Shown piece by piece: positions 8,601-12,804 of a stretch of DNA of 12,804 bases. The stretch comes from Candidatus Multivoradales bacterium (GTDB taxonomy: Bacteria; Acidobacteriota; Thermoanaerobaculia; Multivoradales; JAHEKO01). Both the position numbers and the translations under genes were made by a program. Location of the stretch: NCBI GenBank assembly GCA_965223855.1, contig CBDCXM010000007.1:1-12804 (forward strand), written 5' to 3'. The notes beneath the pieces were generated by a model. The model made no database searches. It was not told the DNA's origin and saw only the letters and a list, made by a program, of their open reading frames with translations. The stretch's first letter is position 1. Every line of letters begins with the position of its first letter.

Positions 8601-10518
8601 TCTTGTCGCCGTCCATGAAGACCTCGATCCTCGGGTTGAGGCCGAAGGTCGAGCAGTCGCCGCTCCAGCCGACGAAGCCGTGATCCTCGGGAGAGAGGGG
8701 CTCCGCAACCAGTTCGACGTAGCTGCCGGTCTGGAAGGTGTCGGTGCAGGTGCCGGAGCCCTGGCCACAGACCTCCGTCAAGCCCAGGACCGAGCCAGGA
8801 CCGTCCACGGCGACGCTCAGGTCGTGGCTGCTCTGGTTGATCGGAGAGAACTCCGCCGTGCAGTCGCGAACCTCGTCGATCGCCAGGTCGATCTCGAAGA
8901 CCGGATCGATGCCGCTGCAGTCGCCGCTCCACCCCTCGAAGCGAGACAGTCCGGGAACCTCGATCGCCTCGAGCTGGACCGGATCGGCGACCGGGAAGGC
9001 GTGTTCGCATTGCTCGCCGCAGTCGATGCCGGCCGGCATGCTCGCGACCCGTCCCAGGCCGTCGCCGGTCCGCCGCACTCGCAGGACTCCGTGATCCACG
9101 GGAATCTGCTCGAACACCGCCTGGCAGGCGGACTCTTTCCACAGGATGCTCGTCGCCTCTCGCGGTTCGGACGCGTCGAGAGGGACGCAGCGGATCGGTG
9201 GGCTCAGCGGATTCCCGCTGACGGGTAGAGCCCAGTGGGAGAAGAACGACCCCTCGTCCGGATCCGCCGTCATCCGCACCCAGGAGCCCCAGGTCACGTC
9301 CTCGCTACCGCACGGCACCGGGCCAGGGTCCCCGGCGCTCTTGTTGCAGGTCGCGGCCGTGAAGTAGTCAGGGTGGCTCTCGAGCGAGCCGCCGCCCGAG
9401 CCGGCGACTTCGGCTGTCAGCTGTACGGTTTCGGAGCATGGCGGCTTGGGCCCCCACCGCTTGTCGATCAGGTCGGGATCGGTCGGCGGTTCGTCCTCGC
9501 CGCATTGGGCGAACTGAGCCGTGCACAGCGCCGCTTCGAACGGCTGGATCGTGATCTCGGTGGGCTCACCGTACTCGATCGGCTGCTCGCAGCTTCCGCC
9601 CCAGTTGACGAGTCGATAGCCGTCCTCCGCCCACCAGCGGAAGGTGATCGCTTCGCCGGGCTCGACGTAGGTAGAGCAGTCGTTGCGGTCACCATAGCCG
9701 CAGCTGATTCGGGGCAGTGTCGCGACCTCCTCGACCCACCCCCAGTCGGGACCGACCGAGGTGAAGCTCACCGGGATCGGCGGTACGAATCTGGCACCGC
9801 AGAGGCGGTCGGTCGGATCGCCGTTCTCGTCCGTCATGTCGAGATCGAAGGCAATCGGGGTCGTGCCGTCGTACACAACGTTGTCAAGCAGACTGCTATC
9901 GGCGCAGTGTTGTTCCCAGAAACGGAACTCCTCCAGACCGCCGGTGATGGAGAGCCGGAGGTGGTCTTCGTTGCCGTTCGTCCAGTACTCGCAGTGGATC
10001 CCCGAATCGCCTGTGCTCACGCAGTCGCCACGGCCTTCGACCGAGACCACGCCGTCCTCGCCGAACACCATCAGGTCGAGCTTCGCAGCGCCCGGGGGCG
10101 GCGGCTGGGTCGAACCTTCTTCCGACCCCTGGTGCAGCTGCCCCAAGGTCACCGTCCAGCCGAGGCCGGCGTTCGACAGGGAGTTGGGCAATGGATACGT
10201 CAGTTCCATTGCCGCGCAGCGGCCGCGTTCGCAGTCCGCCGGATTGAACGACGGGTTCGGCACGTCGTGCACGTCCCAGGCGTTCGAGTTGTACGTGAGA
10301 TGCAGTCCGTACGAGAGGTTGTTGACCGGGTAGGTCGGGCCCAGCGGGATCGAGAGCGTCAGGTTGCCGTTGTAGAGGTTGACCGAATCGATCTCACCCA
10401 TCTGGTAGACGGACTCGGCCGAGAAACCGCGTTCTTCGATCGGTTCCTCCCCGGCGCTCAGGGGAAGTGAAATCCCCAGGACCAAAGTGACAACCGCTAG
10501 GTGAAGTTTCCGATGCAT
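2359..10518 (-). CDS. Giant secreted Rhs/YD-repeat polymorphic toxin with 11 InlB-B-like repeats and a C-terminal GIY-YIG-like nuclease (2719 aa)
   Basis: ATG with a GAGGA SD 7 nt upstream, and a Sec-type signal peptide MHRKLHLAVVTLVLGISLPLSA. N-terminal VNLYNGNLTLSIPL...LTYNS...GLGW module. Many YD repeats (FAYDVLGRL, YTYDIGDRL, YDYDLLSRL). Rhs-associated core HVDHLGT...YWPFGE...FTGHERD...DYMHARYY...GRFLSVDP...NRYSYAYNDPLGTVDPDG. Confidence 0.95.
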   Translation of the reverse strand: MHRKLHLAVVTLVLGISLPLSAGEEPIEERGFSAESVYQMGEIDSVNLYNGNLTLSIPLGPTYPVNNLSYGLHLTYNSNAWDVHDVPNPSFNPADCERGRCAAMELTYPLPNSLSNAGLGWTVTLGQLHQGSEEGSTQPPPPGAAKLDLMVFGEDGVVSVEGRGDCVSTGDSGIHCEYWTNGNEDHLRLSITGGLEEFRFWEQHCADSSLLDNVVYDGTTPIAFDLDMTDENGDPTDRLCGARFVPPIPVSFTSVGPDWGWVEEVATLPRISCGYGDRNDCSTYVEPGEAITFRWWAEDGYRLVNWGGSCEQPIEYGEPTEITIQPFEAALCTAQFAQCGEDEPPTDPDLIDKRWGPKPPCSETVQLTAEVAGSGGGSLESHPDYFTAATCNKSAGDPGPVPCGSEDVTWGSWVRMTADPDEGSFFSHWALPVSGNPLSPPIRCVPLDASEPREATSILWKESACQAVFEQIPVDHGVLRVRRTGDGLGRVASMPAGIDCGEQCEHAFPVADPVQLEAIEVPGLSRFEGWSGDCSGIDPVFEIDLAIDEVRDCTAEFSPINQSSHDLSVAVDGPGSVLGLTEVCGQGSGTCTDTFQTGSYVELVAEPLSPEDHGFVGWSGDCSTFGLNPRIEVFMDGDKSCTAHFNDCSIDYCPAIKQLNVAFRGDGEGEVVIQKPGQPDTVCTDDCSVIFGPTETEATLVAQGDDSDFEEFLGVGCTGDSPLEVDMSDHRFCKAYFGSTAERRELRLEITREGTARAELWSNPEGIHVPLDSNATVTTHDFPIGTDVDLHFEDGTAPSYVLWGGDCSASGEIDMLQDAVCTAHIRLVPTISVQPNALGSVEIDPGNTICLPNQSCTEYFDAGSTVFLTVLPEPDAFFTGWGGDPACSDLTAPVATVTLWEAMSCTATFGSCPGGCGDPQQLTITDPGNQGTVISVSQPGIDCPGDCSEMYPDGLPLVLRAEETNPNYFFHGWTGCPVLDPGDAQTTIIMNQPHQCTAVFADEEPTTHTLTAQIDGGGGSVLNLQGDIDCPGLCQEVLNEGSTVSLLPVPEPGKEFSHWVGGCPGNGLFQITSNTTCTAKFVAGTTFQLTIDVGGQGADVLVAPRPSGTSDCAADPNDDCTYTYNAVNPATVVELEALDLAPTVPFLWWSGDDCDPTSDPRVVTATMNQSRSCMPVYGAGCPECIPPGGLVAAKSGPSGTGQAGKATADDWPEGDAPDVPYTEPNVANRTGLWMYVSPDGAKHYFYRNLQEHLPDHDELVYYTRDNSFLRLTVDHEDLDLATAAKVEFPDGTFREFSREQSSTTWRLDRLADPFGNEVTIDYSVPDEWRIEDSEGRSHRILFSQPVTPVGPEAELGPQIERIDLAAFDGAVNQIEFEYDSQLVNFCYRNRLQEGFQDMSPFPAADQFPMLSEVRLGAGQTAPMVYRMESYRSGTVGSNPGYSQCPDAGVLESIELPTGGRIEWDYGSWKNASYYPPFFHLSSGVSKRTFVDPHSGDTTSWTYSNQLFPPSNEWRFLDGVPQVYPTESRVDVAVESVDGAGNPVTHCTRHYFNADETDYAFNGLPFSPTNDAGDLFLSTEVFGQWQDQSGDPFHGDQRLCAGMRRRTTHTRYEVDGGYCVRSPDDLHDPCSDRNRRVVASETVFHGDADRSVRTDHLDYNQLGRFETTVVSGWGGLERTTKQDYTVSGAIGPDQDWFLDLVTRHEVLENGDRAVEKAEFDDLGFKICHRTLTSGTENASDDLVTRFERGDSGNVARIVYDGGDLNSVSMDVCGGSGGDYAIDYQYEHGVLRSSQFEGASFLSYDVDVDPSTGLAHTRRDTGGLATTFAYDVLGRLVEQTPPGDATQSFAYSLPAGGPASVRMEWRDGATLLKHSEHVFDGFGRVAEEMVSRPNLTPRRYTRHNGLGWKISMSEWDKPNSVTIYKDFDPFGRAKEVVRPDDGTTKFYFQGERQVQRTEWVGGEESRTWEKRDALGRLVEVREPDHGSPDFSLIARYTYDIGDRLSEVELNESGSNKQFRTFKYDNRGFLLWQELPELEGRVEFGDYDARGNAHYKNDVDRELTLEFDEAGRPTKISRNNNPIKELDYFTSGYRNGRLESAIRYNFGPDHVRVTDFYDYDGSSGRVDYKATQIKVGSAASQTFRSEYQYDALGLMDRERYPYCDGCSEPWTDYEHKDGHLWKVRRGSEVFARTISYHPNGLYKVLRRDTTNGDLLDVQGVAADGMTRPSSLALGKRGSTLYDLGNYSYDDVGNITGIGNDIYDYDLLSRLTSASLEGEPQRTYQFDAFGNLVDLGGRDFPVEAGNTNRLADWDYDVRGNVILADGDFGTVEYDDLNMPWRRSLGDRTEWYAYSADNERVWTRTFIADGSGGGLGGGDGTETQTVTLRGLDQKVRRTYDRDGSTLTWKKDYFYRDGSLLASLTPEGRRNLHVDHLGTLRLVTDEAGNEVSRHKYWPFGETLLDTGTEEEVMQFTGHERDEWEVDTDDPARDDLDYMHARYYSGWAGRFLSVDPAGESAQLTSPQSWNRYSYAYNDPLGTVDPDGEIGFKLIKSAVKFAIKGGDLAATFAGVVEDFNTLRSDEASGGEKALAAVSLLTEIASPVSLRDAKAIGKGGKRLLGAADNVPANRGSIYEVPGRATSSGKPYVGRHNGPEPQRTRRSNDGRDRKQAEVIDTYDSTNTAEGRVKEQRAMDARGGVDALDNKRNEVAPHKMKALEKEVEDP
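2899..3245 (-). other. Rhs repeat-associated core domain with autoproteolytic PxxxxDPxG motif
   Basis: RFLSVDP and PLGTVDPDG are present (DPDG at 2910-2899, aa 2537-2540), leaving a 179-aa C-terminal extension. Confidence 0.92.
6985..10083 (-). repeat. Eleven tandem divergent Cys-rich InlB B-repeat-like (Flg_new_2-like) protein domains, aa ~146-1178
   Basis: Units of about 80-105 aa with consensus L.V...G.G.V......I.C...C...(Y/F)..G..V.L.A.P....F.GW.G.C.........M.....C.A.F. The units end CGARF, CTAQF, CQAVF, CTAEF, CTAHF, CKAYF, CTAHI, CTATF, CTAVF, CTAKF and CMPVY. Confidence 0.85.
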
Positions 10519-10785
10519 GGTCGATTCCTCTGCTTGAGTTCTGTGCCGGACGTCGGGCTCGGATGAGCTCTCAATCGGGTCCTCGGAGAAGCCGGACCCT
10601 TGCTCTCAACGCGACGAAACCGGCTTCAATGAGTCATCGCCGTCTGGCGGGGAGGGCGAGTGCTCTCCCGGACCCGTCTCACCCGAGCACCGGTCTGGGG
10701 CATCTCGACTGCTCCGGGAACGTTTCGGGTTGGAAGATGACCGGCCGGGTTTGACCTCGTCATCCCGCTGTACACTCCCGCCATC

Positions 10786-11634
10786 GTGAATCGGGATGAA
10801 ACCGCCGCCTCTCGAGCGGTAGCGGACGGCACGGGAGGGACGGTGTTGGGCCCCAGGCAGTTGTGGCATCGGCTGCGGACCGAGCTGGCAAAACGGCTCG
10901 GCTCGGGGCATCGGGTCGAGGAGCTGAGCCGGTCGCTCGCCGGGAGGGAGCTCCACTTCCGGGCGCCGGTCCTCACGCCGCGGCTGATTCGCGCGATCAA
11001 GGCGATCACGCCGCAGTTCTCGCTGCGCGAGGACGAGGAGTCCCGCCGTGTCTGGGAGCTGTCGCAGAACGGCTCGAGCTGGGCCGAGTACGAGGCGTTG
11101 GCGCCGCTGCTCGAAGGGCTGGAGCCGCGGCAGGTTCTCGAGATCGGCCCCGGGATGGGGCGCTCGGCGGTGTTCTTCCACCAGCGGCTCGGCTGGCCCG
11201 CCGAACGGTTCCATCTCTTCGACGGCGACGGCTCGGCGCGCAAGTACCCGCTCAACGCGCCGCGCTCGGCGGAGTCGTTCTGCGGCGACCTCGAGATGCT
11301 CGACGAGGTCCTGCGGTTCAACGGTCTGTCGGGGCACCGGATCTTCGACGCCGCCGAGTCGGGGGGCAGTCTCGGCGGGCTGCCGGGGCCGTACGATCTC
11401 GTCTATTCCTTCTACGGCGTCGGATTTCACTGGTCGCTCGAGGACTTCTGGGAGGAGCTCAGGGGGCTGGTGGCAGCAGGCGGGCATGCGGTCTTCACCG
11501 TCCACCACTCCTTCCAGCCGTTCGCCGAGCTCGAAGCGACGCCGCATCGTTACGTGCCGTTCCAGCGGATCCTGGCCAAGGACCGGCCCCTGCGACTGCT
11601 GATTCTCGAGCCGGGTGAGGACCCTCTGGCGTGA
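10786..11634 (+). CDS. Class I SAM-dependent methyltransferase
   Basis: Motif I VLEIGPGMGRS, acidic end of beta2 (HLFDGD), and GPYDLVYSFYGVGFH...LVAAGGHAVF motifs. The start may be later: GGAGG at 10834-10838 precedes in-frame GTG 10843 and TTG 10846. Confidence 0.85.
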   Translation: MNRDETAASRAVADGTGGTVLGPRQLWHRLRTELAKRLGSGHRVEELSRSLAGRELHFRAPVLTPRLIRAIKAITPQFSLREDEESRRVWELSQNGSSWAEYEALAPLLEGLEPRQVLEIGPGMGRSAVFFHQRLGWPAERFHLFDGDGSARKYPLNAPRSAESFCGDLEMLDEVLRFNGLSGHRIFDAAESGGSLGGLPGPYDLVYSFYGVGFHWSLEDFWEELRGLVAAGGHAVFTVHHSFQPFAELEATPHRYVPFQRILAKDRPLRLLILEPGEDPLA

Positions 11635-11641
11635 GGCTGGC

Positions 11642-12804
11642 TTGAAGGTCCTGGTCGTCGGCGGCGGCCCCGCCGGGCTCTACTTCTCGCTGCTCCTCAA
11701 GAAGCAGCAGCTTCGAGCCGAGGTGCGGGTGGTGGAACGCAACCAGCCGGACGACACCTTCGGCTGGGGGGTGGTGTTCTCCGACGAGACGCTCGACAAC
11801 TTCGAGCGCGCCGATGGCGAGAGCTTCGCTGCGATCACGTCACGCTTCCGCTACTGGCGCGACATCGAGACCTTCGTCGGCGGCGAGCGGGTCGTCTCGA
11901 CCGGGCACGGATTCGCGGCGTTGTCGCGAAAGGAGCTGCTCCTGATCCTCCAGCGGCGCTGCCGCGAGGTCGGGGTGGAGCTCGTCTTCGGGTGCGAGTT
12001 GACGAGTCTCGACGCCTTCTCCGGATACGACCTGGTGGTCGGTGCGGACGGTGTCAATTCGTGGGTGCGCGAGCAGCTCGCCGAGCACTTCCGCCCCGGC
12101 GCTCGACTGGCGGCGTTGCAAATTCACCTGGCTCGGTACCGACAAGCCGCTCGACGCGTTCACCTTCCACTTCAAGCAGCACGACGCGGGCCTCTTCCAG
12201 GTCCACGCCTACCCGTTCTCGGGACGAGCTGGCGACCTGGATCGTCGAGTGCCGGGAAGAAGTGTGGCGGGAGGCGGGGCTCGAGGACGCCACCGAGCAG
12301 CAGACGGTGGAGTTCTGCGAGCGGCTGTTCGCCGACGAGCTCGACGGGTATCGGCTGCTGACGAACCGCTCGTTGTGGCGCACCTTCCCGACGGTGAAGT
12401 GCGAACAGTGGGTCCACGAGAACGTCGTGCTGATCGGCGATGCGGCGCACACGGCGCACTTCTCGATCGGCTCGGGTACGAAGCTGGCGATGGAGGACGC
12501 CGTGGCGCTGGCGGAGGCGTTCGCGGCGACGCCGGACGACGTCGCCGCCGCGCTGGGCGCCTACCGGGAGGCACGCTGGGTCGACGTGATCAAGACCCAG
12601 AAGGCGGCGCAGACCAGTCTCGAGTGGTTCGAGAACTCGGCTCGCTATCTCGACCAGGATCCGGTGACCTTCACCTTCAACCTGATGACGCGCTCGAAGC
12701 AGATCACCTATGAGAACCTCGGGCGCCGCGATCCGGCGCTGATCGAGAGTGTGGACCGGGCGTACGCGGTACGCGAGGGTGGTGAGCGGGGCGGCGAGGG
12801 CCGT
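11642..12804 (+). pseudogene. FAD-dependent monooxygenase of the salicylyl-CoA 5-hydroxylase / anthraniloyl-CoA monooxygenase type; two +1 frameshifts; runs off the window
   Basis: TTG 11642 follows GAGG. Frame 2 gives MKVLVVGGGPAGLY...ERN...DTFGWGVVFSD...DLVVGADGVNS. After about 12097, frame 3 gives ALDWRRCKFTWLGT...AFTF...HAYPFS. After about 12223, frame 1 gives DELATWIVEC...WRTFP...VLIGDAAHTAHFSIGSGTKLAMEDA...SLEWFE...LMTRSKQITYENL and stays open to the window end. It may be an intact gene with sequencing errors. Confidence 0.85.

Noticed and set aside
3937-10470. Long ORFs antisense to or out of frame with the Rhs gene (3937-5220 +, 5338-6762 +, 5234-6538 -, 6692-8059 -, 8017-9228 +, 9235-10470 +)
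   Set aside because: These are shadow ORFs expected in high-GC coding DNA. Their translations are Arg/Pro/Gly- or Val/Ala-rich with no recognisable motifs.
10730-10738. 9-mer TTGGAAGAT shared with 1359-1367, upstream of both minus-strand toxin genes
   Set aside because: One 9-nt match between regions of about 460 and 270 nt is roughly at chance expectation.
10751-10776. TTGACC...TACACT sigma70-like promoter for the methyltransferase
   Set aside because: The spacer is only 14 nt. The -10 hexamer may be real but the pair is not supportable.
10606-11618. ORFs 10606-11547 -, 10626-11321 - and 10863-11618 +
   Set aside because: They overlap the methyltransferase, which has clear SAM-binding motifs. 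Their translations are Arg-rich and featureless.
12042-12713. ORF 12042-12713 + as a separate gene, or programmed frameshifting
   Set aside because: Only its 12098-12222 portion is protein-like (the middle fragment of the monooxygenase). No canonical slippery heptamer is present at either site.

Overview
GC-rich bacterial window (hand counts of individual 60-nt lines give about 70-78% GC in the core genes). The C-terminal PVEL motif and the style of Rhs N-terminus suggest Acidobacteriota/Thermoanaerobaculia, which is inference only. The window is dominated by a minus-strand toxin locus. (1) A 2719-aa signal-peptide-bearing Rhs/YD-repeat polymorphic toxin, in which about 1030 aa of 11 Cys-rich InlB-B-like repeats appear inserted inside the N-terminal part of the Rhs shell. 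It ends in a GIY-YIG(URI)-like nuclease tip after the PxxxxDPxG motif. (2) An overlapping, lower-GC candidate immunity gene. (3) A non-coding spacer containing a degenerate ~131-bp tandem repeat. (4) A compact 199-aa aerolysin/Toxin_10-like beta-pore-forming toxin candidate. The left flank is the 3' part of a secreted protein ending in VPVELLEFEVGD. The right flank, divergently transcribed, holds a class I SAM methyltransferase and the start of a salicylyl-CoA 5-hydroxylase/anthraniloyl-CoA monooxygenase-type FAD enzyme broken by two +1 frameshifts. All family assignments come from motif reading, not database searches.
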